This document shows positions 39,649 through 48,044 of a DNA stretch of 64,000 nt, piece after piece. The stretch's first letter is position 1. The number at the start of each line of letters is the position of its first letter. The notes under the pieces were generated by a model. It was not told the DNA's origin. It was given only the letters and a program-made list of their open reading frames with translations, and did no database searches. The DNA lies in NCBI GenBank assembly GCA_018825385.1, contig JAHJEX010000006.1:186-64185 (forward strand), read 5' to 3'. The translations under genes were made by a program, and so were the position numbers. This DNA comes from Patescibacteria group bacterium. GTDB taxonomy: Bacteria; Patescibacteriota; Patescibacteriia; UM-FILTER-42-10.

Positions 39649-41104
39649 GCTTTCACTTAAAGAAGCATCACAGAAAATTCAGGCTCGAGAAATCTCTTCT
39701 TTGGAGTTAACACGCGAATATTTAAATAATATTGAGAAGGTTGAACCGAAGGTTTCTGCCTACCTTGAAGTGACTAGTGATTTGGCAATCAAAGGAGCGA
39801 AGGCGGCTGATAAAAAAGTAAAAGAGGGGAATTATAACTCTCCTCTCTTGGGTATTCCTGCTGCGCTGAAAGATAATATGTTGGCTTTGGGAACACGCTC
39901 TACAGCTGCTTCTAGAATTCTGCAAGAATATCAGTCAGCGTATGATTCAACAGTAGCCGCAAAATTAAGTTCAGAGGGAATGGTGCTGATGGGCAAAACA
40001 AATTTAGATGAATTTGCGATGGGTTCTTCAACAGAAAACTCAGCATTTCAGAAAACAAAAAACCCTTGGAATTTAGAAAAGGTTCCGGGCGGCTCCTCTG
40101 GCGGTTCAGCAGCTGCGGTGGCGGCAGGGGAATGTGTATATGCGCTAGGATCCGATACAGGCGGGTCAATTCGACAGCCAGCAGCGTTTTGTGGAGTTGT
40201 TGGACTTAAACCAACGTATGGAAGAGTATCACGTTACGGATTAATAGCGTTGGCATCTTCCTTGGATCAAATAGGCCCTCTAACTAAAACTGTAGAGGAT
40301 TCAGCACTGATTCTAAATGGGATTGCTGGGCAAGATCAAAATGATTCAACAACTGCCCCAGTGCCTGTGGAAGATTATACAAAAAATCTTTCAAAAAGTA
40401 TTAAAGGTCTAAGAATCGGTATTCCCAAGGAATATTTTGTAGGTGGAATCAACAAAGATGTAGAAAAGACTGTTCGACAATCAATAACACAATTAGAGGA
40501 TTTGGGCGCAAGTATAAAAGAAGTTAGTCTTCCATTTACCGACTATGCTTTGGCAGTTTATTATATTATTTTACCTGCCGAGGCTAGCGCCAATCTTTCA
40601 CGATATGATGGTGTTCGGTATGGGTATTCTATTATTAAGGACGACAAAAAAATAAAGGACCTCTTTTCCGTATATAGTGAATCACGTGCAAAAGGATTTG
40701 GTGACGAGGTTAAGCGAAGAATAATGATTGGTACCTATAGCCTTTCAAGTGGGTTTTATGATGCATATTATCGTAGAGCTCAGAAAGTTCGTGAACTTGT
40801 TAAAAATGATTTTGCTGAAGTTTTTACTGATGTGGATGTTTTGGCTACTCCAACTACTCCAACTACTGCTTTTGGGTTGGATGAAATGATGGATGATCCG
40901 CTTACCATGTATCTTTCAGATATATTTACAGTTTCTGCTAATATTAGTGGCATTCCAGCTATTTCAGTACCTTGTGGATTTTCAGACGGTCTTCCGGTTG
41001 GACTTCAATTCATGGCGAAACCGTATGCAGAAAGCCTGCTTTTACAGGTTGCACATCAATTTGAACAGAATAATAGTTGGTACAAAGAAAAGGCGGTAAT
41101 ATAA
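39635..41104 (+). CDS. gatA: Asp/Glu-tRNA amidotransferase subunit A (amidase signature enzyme)
   Basis: Amidase signature [14 protein letters not shown]. Catalytic Ser-cisSer-Lys context. 489 aa. Overlaps gatC. Confidence 0.9.
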   Translation: MKLSELSLKEASQKIQAREISSLELTREYLNNIEKVEPKVSAYLEVTSDLAIKGAKAADKKVKEGNYNSPLLGIPAALKDNMLALGTRSTAASRILQEYQSAYDSTVAAKLSSEGMVLMGKTNLDEFAMGSSTENSAFQKTKNPWNLEKVPGGSSGGSAAAVAAGECVYALGSDTGGSIRQPAAFCGVVGLKPTYGRVSRYGLIALASSLDQIGPLTKTVEDSALILNGIAGQDQNDSTTAPVPVEDYTKNLSKSIKGLRIGIPKEYFVGGINKDVEKTVRQSITQLEDLGASIKEVSLPFTDYALAVYYIILPAEASANLSRYDGVRYGYSIIKDDKKIKDLFSVYSESRAKGFGDEVKRRIMIGTYSLSSGFYDAYYRRAQKVRELVKNDFAEVFTDVDVLATPTTPTTAFGLDEMMDDPLTMYLSDIFTVSANISGIPAISVPCGFSDGLPVGLQFMAKPYAESLLLQVAHQFEQNNSWYKEKAVI

Positions 41105-41192
41105 GAGCGTATTGCAAATTCTATAACTTTATGTTATAGGTAAGAGAGAGAAATCAATTCATAAAACTAATAATTACAATTCAATATCATAT

Positions 41193-41585
41193 ATGAGTAC
41201 TAAACAAAAAATCCTCCTAATTGAAGATGACAAGATGTTACTTGAGATGTATACAGCTAAGTTTACTAGAGAGGGATTCGATATTAAAACTGCAGAAAAT
41301 GGGTCAGATGGGCTTAAAGCGGCTCGTGAAATGAAACCAGACATGGTTTTGCTGGATATCATTATGCCGAAGCTTGACGGGTTTGCTACCTTGAAAGAAA
41401 TACGAAAAGACGAAAATATAAAGGATGTGCCGGTAATATTACTAACTAACTTGGGTCAGGACCAAGACATTCAAAAGGGAAAAGATCTTGGTGCCGATGA
41501 TTATTTTGTAAAAGCAAATCATACCCCGACTGAAATAGTCGAAAAAGTTCAGGAATTACTTAAGAAAAAAGGAGTAGGAAAATAA
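41193..41585 (+). CDS. stand-alone response-regulator receiver protein (paralog of 18570-18965)
   Basis: IEDD, VLLDIIMPKLDGF, ILLTNLGQ, DYFVKA. Stop overlaps the ndk start (taATGa). Confidence 0.85.
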   Translation: MSTKQKILLIEDDKMLLEMYTAKFTREGFDIKTAENGSDGLKAAREMKPDMVLLDIIMPKLDGFATLKEIRKDENIKDVPVILLTNLGQDQDIQKGKDLGADDYFVKANHTPTEIVEKVQELLKKKGVGK

Positions 41586-42064
41586 TGAAACAAAGAACAT
41601 TAGTTATTATCAAGCCTGATACATTACAAAGAAATCTATTAGGTGAGGTGATTTCCCGTTTTGAAAGAAAGGGTTTAAAAATCTTAGCGATGAAAATGAT
41701 TTCTATAGATGATGCGTTAATTGCGGAGCATTATGAACACCATAAAGACAAACCATTTTTTAGTGATTTAAAAAGATTTATGCAATCAGCTCCTGTGGTG
41801 GTGATGGTCTTGCAGGGGTATGGTGCAGTGGAGGCTGTTCGTCTGATTGTCGGGCCAACATCAGGGAGAGAAGCCGATGCAGGAAGTATTAGAGGCGATC
41901 TTTCTATGAGTAAGGGGCATAATATTATACATGCGTCTGATTCAAAGAAAAATGCGGAAATAGAAATATACAGATTCTTTAATGAAGATGAATTATTCAA
42001 CTACAAGAAAATTGATTTTTCAGCCATTTATGATGGCGAAGAATTAAAGGAAATGGAGAAATAA
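41585..42064 (+). CDS. ndk: nucleoside diphosphate kinase
   Basis: TLVIIKPD. Active-site NIIHASDS. Confidence 0.9.
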   Translation: MKQRTLVIIKPDTLQRNLLGEVISRFERKGLKILAMKMISIDDALIAEHYEHHKDKPFFSDLKRFMQSAPVVVMVLQGYGAVEAVRLIVGPTSGREADAGSIRGDLSMSKGHNIIHASDSKKNAEIEIYRFFNEDELFNYKKIDFSAIYDGEELKEMEK

Positions 42065-42192
42065 CTTGACAGTATAATCCTGTTGGTTTATTATTCAGTC
42101 TAACGATAAAGAGATGCAAAACATTATTTCAAAAATTAAACTAATTATTTCCAGAACCTCTGGCTAGTTTTGCATTAAATAGATATCAATGA

Positions 42193-42217
42193 AACTAGCC
42201 GAAAGGCTAGTTTTTTG
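42193..42217 (+). terminator. rho-independent terminator after ndk
   Basis: AACTAGCC-gaaa-GGCTAGTT followed by TTTTTT. Confidence 0.65.
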
Positions 42218-42429
42218 AAACTCATGAACTACAAATCAAATCTCATTATTAATAACATTGCTATCATCATCTATTGTAGATGAGAGGTTTGGTTATAAAT
42301 TCAGCAGAAAACATTTCAACAAACCAGCCTCTCAAAAGCTGGTTCTTTGTTTATCCGAGGAAGTTTGATGATTGATTAGAGAATTCAAATTTTGAATTAT
42401 CCAACGAGTTATCAAAAAAGACTCGAATT

Positions 42430-42801
42430 TTGTACCTTAAATTGCCAGAAGCAATCCTCTCTGGCGTAACTACCTACTTCAACAAGCGAGAAACAATAAA
42501 GCAAGGACATTGTCATCGCAAAAAGTGTCTAGCTTGTCCTAATCAGTTCAAAAAAAAGGGGGGGGTGATTGATGTGCGATCAAGTCAAGCTGATGATGGA
42601 GTAAAACGGGGACAGATAAACCATGATGAACGCATTTGTCCTGAGACACTATTCGGTGCTTTCTATGACATTGAGTGTGAACGTTGGAGATGTTGTAAAT
42701 GCAGGCTGTCATTGAGCAACTGCGTTTGTCTTGAGCTTGTTGCTCAAAAGGATCAACTCGAAGACTTGGGAGGGAATGAGAATGAACGAGACAGCAGTTA
42801 A
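42430..42801 (+). CDS. Cys-rich small protein (10 Cys), no ATG start, contains an A8G8 homopolymer tract
   Basis: The ORF has no in-frame ATG, so a TTG/GTG start is required. HCHRKKCLACP and CERWRCCKCRLSLSNCVC motifs. Local GC is higher than the genome average. Confidence 0.4.
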   Translation: MYLKLPEAILSGVTTYFNKRETIKQGHCHRKKCLACPNQFKKKGGVIDVRSSQADDGVKRGQINHDERICPETLFGAFYDIECERWRCCKCRLSLSNCVCLELVAQKDQLEDLGGNENERDSS

Positions 42802-43189
42802 CCTGAATCATCAGGATGTTCTTTGTCCGAATGGCGTTATGCTAATGGACAGTGGACAATGCAAGTGTGTTGATTGTGGATTGCAACCCAGCATTTGCTG
42901 TTGTCCGCTGAAGCCTGAAATCACTGTGATCGAACTGGATGGGGAGTTCGATATGACCGGTGGAGGCTATACTGCTATTGACGGCTGGGGTTACAGCAGA
43001 AAGCCGCGTGTAGGCTTGGTCTGCCAAAACGGCGTAGTCATCCAAGACGGTGAACCGCGCTGTATTGACTGCGAACTTACTCCCGATACCTGCTGTTGTC
43101 CTGACAAACCCATTGTGACTTTCGTGGACATCGGTGATCATTACCTCATGACTCCCAATTTTCACGCTGGCGATGACATAGCTATGTAA
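42775..43189 (+). CDS. Cys-rich protein with internal duplication of a ~45-aa C-x-N-G-V...C-x-D-C-x-L-x-P-x-x-CCCP-x-KP module
   Basis: Strong SD GGAGGG lies 5 nt before the ATG at 42775 (the reported ORF extends to 42731). Two aligned repeats: LCPNGVMLMDSGQCKCVDCGLQPSICCCPLKP and VCQNGVVIQDGEPRCIDCELTPDTCCCPDKP. Confidence 0.55.
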
Positions 43190-43531
43190 TGCCAGCATAT
43201 TTGCATCTTTAGCCCAAGATTAAATCAAATCAAGGGCTTTTTTTATTATATTTGACGTAATTTTTTTCTGTGGTACTATTAAATATAATTATGAAATACA
43301 CAATTAACCACAGTTCAATAATCCAAAAGACCGTTGCCACGGGTAGCTTTGGTTTCTTTTTTGGTTATTTTAACCCTCGAACTGATGGCTGATTAGTGCA
43401 TTTCTAAATATATCACTTCAAGTATAAGCCATCAGTAAGATGGTTTTTTTGATATATTTATAGCTCTTTATTATCAAAATCAATCAATAGTAGACTACTT
43501 CATTCCCCAACCAAGGACAAAGGAGAGGATA

Positions 43532-43714
43532 ATGCAGAAAAAGAATCCTAACCAAGGAACAAACGGATCTGATCAGGACAATGAACAGCAAGGAAAGAAG
43601 CCTGTGTTTCGGCAGTCACGGCGCCAACGGTCCAGAAAAGAGTATCGTCCCTATTTTGTGAGAAGTCCCGGCCTGCCCACTGTACAAACAGAGGGCTCAG
43701 AAGAAACGGAATAG
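43532..43714 (+). CDS. small highly basic disordered protein
   Basis: Strong SD AAAGGAGAGG before the ATG. Arg/Lys/Gln-rich 60-aa ORF. Higher local GC. Confidence 0.45.
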   Translation: MQKKNPNQGTNGSDQDNEQQGKKPVFRQSRRQRSRKEYRPYFVRSPGLPTVQTEGSEETE

Positions 43715-43740
43715 TGTTCTTCCATCAGGAGGCAAGACCA

Positions 43741-43893
43741 TGTTTGGAGAGGCTCCAAAAGGAGATACAGTAAAGAGGAAAACGCAAGTGAATAAAACGG
43801 GTCAGAAGGATTTGCAAATTGGCAAATATGCTCTGGCCGTTACGGGATGCGGAATGGTATTTGTCGAAAAAAAAGCAGAACCCAAGAAGTAGC
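43741..43893 (+). CDS. small (50-aa) Lys-rich protein, below the ORF-track size cutoff
   Basis: SD AGGAGG lies 7 nt upstream of the ATG at 43741. MFGEAPKGDTVKRKTQVNKTGQKDLQIGKYALAVTGCGMVFVEKKAEPKK. Followed by a hairpin plus T7 (about 43905-43940). Confidence 0.4.
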
Positions 43894-43962
43894 GTACACA
43901 ATGATTTTGGCTAAGGCTCCATAATATCCAGGGGCCTTTTTTTATTACAACATATTAATAAC

Positions 43963-43992
43963 TTGCCAAAAAATATATCGAAGGGATATACT
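43963..43992 (+). promoter_or_regulatory. candidate promoter TTGCCA-N18-TATACT
   Basis: Hexamer match read from the sequence. No obvious downstream gene for ~240 nt. Confidence 0.3.
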
Positions 43993-44233
43993 TAAAGTGC
44001 TCTACTGTTAGGGTCTAGCTTAATCCAGTTCTACAGGATTATCGCATTGAGAGCCCTAAATTACTATTTTCTGAGGAATCTAGTTGCGGGCACCAAATTT
44101 TATATGGGAGCTATGCGATTATCTAGTCCTTACTGGTAGGGCATTCAATATTTACTCATCATTTGTGATATCTGACGATGAGATATAAAAAACATTTACA
44201 ATAAGAGAAAAGGAAAACAATATTATCCATTTC

Positions 44234-44548
44234 TTGATACTTAGTGAGTGTTCAGAAAGCAAGAAATGTGATATAATAAAATCAATCTTAGTATTAGTGA
44301 TTCACCTTATGCTTTACAAAGATGAACTTCTAAATGCAATAAAAGCATCTGTCGAATTTGAGGACAACTTCATAGTCTCCTTTAGTAATTTTATGAATTC
44401 TGAAATAAATGCAGTAGATTTTGATCCTAAAACAAAGAAAGAGGTCATAAAAATATTTCAGTATCTAAAAGATGATTCATCAAAGCACAAAAAAATTCTT
44501 GAAGAGGTTGAAGAATTGATAATTAATAATCAGAAAGATGAATACTAA
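44234..44548 (+). CDS. small hypothetical protein with E...KHxxxLEE motif (possible half of a split four-helix-bundle/ferritin-like protein)
   Basis: EFEDNF and DDSSKHKKILEEVEE spacing is reminiscent of a diiron-site E/ExxH pair. Very tentative. Confidence 0.35.
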   Translation: MILSECSESKKCDIIKSILVLVIHLMLYKDELLNAIKASVEFEDNFIVSFSNFMNSEINAVDFDPKTKKEVIKIFQYLKDDSSKHKKILEEVEELIINNQKDEY

Positions 44549-44768
44549 TATTGTTAAAGTCATTCAGAGGACATTTACCTTTCAAAGACTAGAGAAAGAT
44601 GCGGAAAAAATGTATTTTGATATAGTCTCACAGATAAGCGATGAGAAAATTATTTCTACTCTGACTAGTATTATGCAAGATGAGCAAAAACATTATAAAG
44701 CTTGCTCAAAAATTCTAGAGATTTTTAAACAGGAGTATCCTGAAGAATACATGGAAGCGAAAATATAG
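44538..44768 (+). CDS. small hypothetical protein with E...EQKHY motif, overlaps upstream ORF by 11 nt
   Basis: LEKDAEKMYFDI...MQDEQKHYKACSKILE. The overlap suggests translational coupling with 44234-44548. Confidence 0.35.
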   Translation: MNTNIVKVIQRTFTFQRLEKDAEKMYFDIVSQISDEKIISTLTSIMQDEQKHYKACSKILEIFKQEYPEEYMEAKI

Positions 44769-44823
44769 TGGTTTTTTCTTTAAGAAAAAGTAGCTTTAGT
44801 GCTCCTGAAGAATACAAGAAAGC

Positions 44824-44852
44824 AAACGCTCCGAAAACTCAGAGCGTTTTTG
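44824..44852. terminator. bidirectional hairpin terminator between convergent genes
   Basis: AAACGCTC-cgaaaactca-GAGCGTTT followed by TTTTG. The minus-strand reading also ends in a U-rich tract. Confidence 0.5.
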
Positions 44853-44854
44853 AA

Positions 44855-46150
44855 TTACTTCACCTCCAGCTTGCCGTCCAGAAATTCTTCGTATCCTTTG
44901 AGATCTAGGAATCCATTACCACTAATGTTGATAAGAATGGTCTTTTTTGTTCCATTCTTTTTACATTGCAATGCTTCATCAATGGCGCCCTTTATAGCGT
45001 GGGCTGATTCTGGAGCAGGTAATATACCTTCAGTTTGGGTGAAGATCTTTGCTGCTTTCATAATATCACTTTGTTTAGCGGACATAGTTTCTATATATCC
45101 CTTTTCCACCAAATGACTGACAAGTGGTGCAGCACCATGATAACGCAATCCACCAGCTTGAATCTTAGGAGGAATAAAGTCAGAACCTAAGGAATGCATT
45201 TTGAATAGTGGCGTGGTTTCCGCGGTATCACCAAAATCATATTTGTATTCTCCCTTAGTGAGAGTTGGGCATGATTCAGGCTCAACTGCTACAACACGTA
45301 CTTTCTTCTTTTTAGTAATTACGTCTCCAATGAATGGAAAGGCAATCCCAGATAGATTACTTCCTCCGCCGAAGCAACCATAGATCACATCAGGATATTC
45401 ATCATCTTTCTCTAACTGCAGTTTAGCCTCTTGTCCAATAATTGTCTGATGAAGTAGAACGTGATTAAGTACACTTCCTAAGGAATATTTTATTGTACCG
45501 TCTGATACTTTCTCCATAGCTTCGCTAATAGCAATACCCAGACTTCCCGGATGGTTAATATCCTCTTTCAAGAATTTCCTTCCAATGTTTGTTTGATTAC
45601 TCGGAGAGGGGAGTACCTCGGCGTCGAACATTCTCATATAACTAACTCTATATGGTTTTTGTTTGTAGTGTAGTCGGACATAGAATACTAAACACTTCAT
45701 GTCAAAGAATTTTGTTGCAAGCGAGAGTGCCATGCCCCATTGACCAGCTCCAGTCTCAGTAGTGATTGTTTTCGTGCCTTCTTGTTTATTGTAGTAGGCT
45801 TGAGCAAGAGCGGTATTCAACTTATGACTTCCAGTTAGAGAAGCACCTTCATATTTGTAATATATTTTTGCGGGTGTCCCTAAGTGTTTTTCTAATCTTG
45901 TGGCTCGGTAAAGAGGGGTTGCTCTATATCTCTTATAGATTTCCATTACCTCATCAGGTATCTCTATTCTTTTTTCTTGACTTACTTCCTGCTCTATTAA
46001 TGCTTTAGGGAACAATGGTTTAAGCATTTCCGGTCCGATCGGTTCATTGGTTTCTGGGTTAAGAGGAGGTGGTGGTGACTCGGGAAGGTCAGAAATAATA
46101 TTGTAGTAATGAGTAGGTATTTCTTTATCTGATAGTGATATTTTTGTCAT
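44855..46150 (-). CDS. trpB: stand-alone tryptophan synthase beta chain-like PLP enzyme (TrpB2 type)
   Basis: PLP-lysine motif SLTGSHKLNTALAQA. GGGSN-type glycine loop CFGGGSNLSG. 431 aa. No adjacent trpA. Confidence 0.85.
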   Translation of the reverse strand: MTKISLSDKEIPTHYYNIISDLPESPPPPLNPETNEPIGPEMLKPLFPKALIEQEVSQEKRIEIPDEVMEIYKRYRATPLYRATRLEKHLGTPAKIYYKYEGASLTGSHKLNTALAQAYYNKQEGTKTITTETGAGQWGMALSLATKFFDMKCLVFYVRLHYKQKPYRVSYMRMFDAEVLPSPSNQTNIGRKFLKEDINHPGSLGIAISEAMEKVSDGTIKYSLGSVLNHVLLHQTIIGQEAKLQLEKDDEYPDVIYGCFGGGSNLSGIAFPFIGDVITKKKKVRVVAVEPESCPTLTKGEYKYDFGDTAETTPLFKMHSLGSDFIPPKIQAGGLRYHGAAPLVSHLVEKGYIETMSAKQSDIMKAAKIFTQTEGILPAPESAHAIKGAIDEALQCKKNGTKKTILINISGNGFLDLKGYEEFLDGKLEVK

Positions 46151-46395
46151 TGTAATTTAGTTAATATTAATTAGTCATTGATTTTGTACAATCAACGCCA
46201 GATAAATGTTCCAAGATTTTTGAAATAATAGCGCATATTTTTGTAATTAAAAAACCGCCTGGTGAAAGCGGATAAATACACGAAAAAATTATCAGCTTTC
46301 TAGAGGCGATTTATGTTCCACCAATTAATTACTGTTTGTGTGGTTTTCATTTGCTCAAAGATAGCACAGAATATTACTGAGTGTCAAATATCAGG

Positions 46396-46424
46396 TTGAC
46401 TTTTGTTGGAAATTGATGTATAAT
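46396..46424 (+). promoter_or_regulatory. sigma70-like promoter TTGACT-N17-TATAAT
   Basis: Perfect hexamer spacing read directly from the sequence. Confidence 0.55.
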
Positions 46425-46451
46425 TGTAATACTAAAACAAAAATACATTTT

Positions 46452-46487
46452 ATGCTAACACTAGAAAGATTAAGGAAATATCATTAA
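46452..46487 (+). other. 11-codon mini-ORF (MLTLERLRKYH) ending 3 nt before a terminator hairpin; candidate leader peptide
   Basis: ATG ... TAA in frame. Lies between the promoter and the hairpin/T-run. Confidence 0.3.
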
Positions 46488-46489
46488 TT

Positions 46490-46521
46490 CCAACGAGTTC
46501 AACTCGCTGGCTTTTTTATTT
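46490..46521 (+). terminator. intrinsic terminator/attenuator hairpin immediately upstream of the histidine-kinase start
   Basis: CCAACGAGT-tca-ACTCGCTGG (one mismatch) followed by CTTTTTTATTT. The HK ATG is at 46534. Confidence 0.5.
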
Positions 46522-46533
46522 ATCAAGCAATAA

Positions 46534-48030
46534 ATGACCGACAAAGAAATACAATCAGTAGTCGATAATAGATATCAAAAAATCTTTGAGTTATCGCCAG
46601 AAGCGATTATTTTATTGGATCGAACTGGAAAAATAATTGATGTCAACAACAGGCTTTACGATTGGCTAGGCTACCGCCCTAGAGACATAATAGGACGGAA
46701 TGTTAGAAGCGTGTCTTTTTTGACCAGTGCCAGTAAAGTAATGATGTTGAAAAAATTTAGCCTGAGAATGCTTGGAAATGATGTGTCTCCATATGACCTT
46801 TTTTTTGTGGACAAAAAAGGAAATGAGCATATTGGACAAATATCATCAGCTTTGATTCGGAATAAATCTGGAAAAATAATTTCAGACCTTGTGATGATTT
46901 CAGAAGTTACAAAGCAACGACAAATGGAAGGAGATTTAAAAAAATTCCAACTAGCAGTCGAGGGTGCTTCTGACCATATAATTATCACAGATCCTGATGG
47001 AAAAATTTTATTTGCCAATAAGGCGGTTGAAAAAATTACAGGTTTTTCTCGGAAAAAAATTATAGGCCAAAAAGCGGGTAGCAAATTGAATTGGGGGGGC
47101 ACAATGGAAAATGCTTTCTACGATAGAATGTGGAAAACCATGAAAACAAAAAAAGTACCTTTTGAAGCGGAAATCAGAAATAGAAAGAAAAATGGAGAAG
47201 AATATGATGCTGTGGCCAGCATTTCCCCAGTTCTAAATAAAAAAGATGAAGTCCTATTTTTTGTTGGTATGGAAAGGGATATTACAAAAGAGAAGGAAGT
47301 GGATAGAGCAAAAACAGAATTTGTTTCCTTAGCATCTCATCAACTGCGTACTCCTCTTTCCACTATCAACTGGTATTCTGAAATGTTACTCGATGGGGAT
47401 GTTGGCAAACTCAACAAAGGTCAAAGAGAGTATTTGAAAGAAGTATATAAGGGAAATCAAAGAATGGTCGATCTTGTCAATGCACTACTTAATGTTTCAA
47501 GGCTTGAATTAGGTACTTTTGTCATTGAACCGGAAAAAGCAAACATTGTTGATATAGCAAAAAGCGTTATTCATGAAATGAAGCCTCAGATAGAGGCAGA
47601 AAAAATAGTATTTACACAGAAATATGATAATACAATTCCCGATATGATGCTTGATACGAAACTGATTCGTATGGTTATTCAAAACCTTCTGTCGAACGCA
47701 GTTAAATATAACTCAAAAAAAGGCAAGGTCGATATTAAGGTTAAGCAAAATAAAAAAAAGAAACTGGTTGAGGTTAATATTTCTGATACAGGAATGGGTA
47801 TTCTTAAAGGTCAACAAGACAAAATATTTACCAAATTATTTAGAGCAGATAATGCAAAAGAACGAGATACAGAGGGAACAGGATTAGGATTGTATATTGT
47901 CAAATCCATTATTGATCATTCTGGGGGAAAGACATGGTTTAAATCAGAGGAGGGCAAGGGAACCACGTTCTATGTTACACTTCCTTTGAAAGGTATGAAG
48001 AAAAAAGAGGGGACAAAAGAACTTAACTAA
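46534..48030 (+). CDS. cytoplasmic sensor histidine kinase (PAS-PAS-HisKA-HATPase_c)
   Basis: H-box LASHQLRTPLSTI. N box LSNAVKYN. G boxes DTGMGI and GTGLGLYIVKSI. Two PAS-like segments. No TM helix. Confidence 0.9.
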   Translation: MTDKEIQSVVDNRYQKIFELSPEAIILLDRTGKIIDVNNRLYDWLGYRPRDIIGRNVRSVSFLTSASKVMMLKKFSLRMLGNDVSPYDLFFVDKKGNEHIGQISSALIRNKSGKIISDLVMISEVTKQRQMEGDLKKFQLAVEGASDHIIITDPDGKILFANKAVEKITGFSRKKIIGQKAGSKLNWGGTMENAFYDRMWKTMKTKKVPFEAEIRNRKKNGEEYDAVASISPVLNKKDEVLFFVGMERDITKEKEVDRAKTEFVSLASHQLRTPLSTINWYSEMLLDGDVGKLNKGQREYLKEVYKGNQRMVDLVNALLNVSRLELGTFVIEPEKANIVDIAKSVIHEMKPQIEAEKIVFTQKYDNTIPDMMLDTKLIRMVIQNLLSNAVKYNSKKGKVDIKVKQNKKKKLVEVNISDTGMGILKGQQDKIFTKLFRADNAKERDTEGTGLGLYIVKSIIDHSGGKTWFKSEEGKGTTFYVTLPLKGMKKKEGTKELN

Positions 48031-48044
48031 ATATAACTTGAAAC

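Noticed and set aside
42064-42080. TTGACA immediately followed by GTATAAT right after the ndk stop as a promoter
   Set aside because: The -35 and -10 hexamers are separated by only 1 nt, so this cannot function as a sigma70 promoter. It is a chance juxtaposition in AT-rich DNA.
42842-43198. 118-aa minus-strand ORF overlapping the CCCP-repeat gene
   Set aside because: The long antisense ORF is a consequence of the locally elevated GC content. The plus-strand ORF has the strong SD and an internally repeated Cys pattern.
42065-44233. Search for tRNA, tmRNA, SRP RNA or RNase P RNA in the ORF-poor stretches (also 46151-46533, 56632-56787, 58424-58641)
   Set aside because: No GTTCGA-type T-arm with a matching acceptor stem and no SRP GGAAGCAGCC-like motif could be found by eye. 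Covariance-model scanning (tRNAscan-SE, Infernal/Rfam) would be needed to be definitive.
44799-45116. 105-aa plus-strand ORF inside trpB
   Set aside because: Antisense to a well-conserved PLP enzyme gene.
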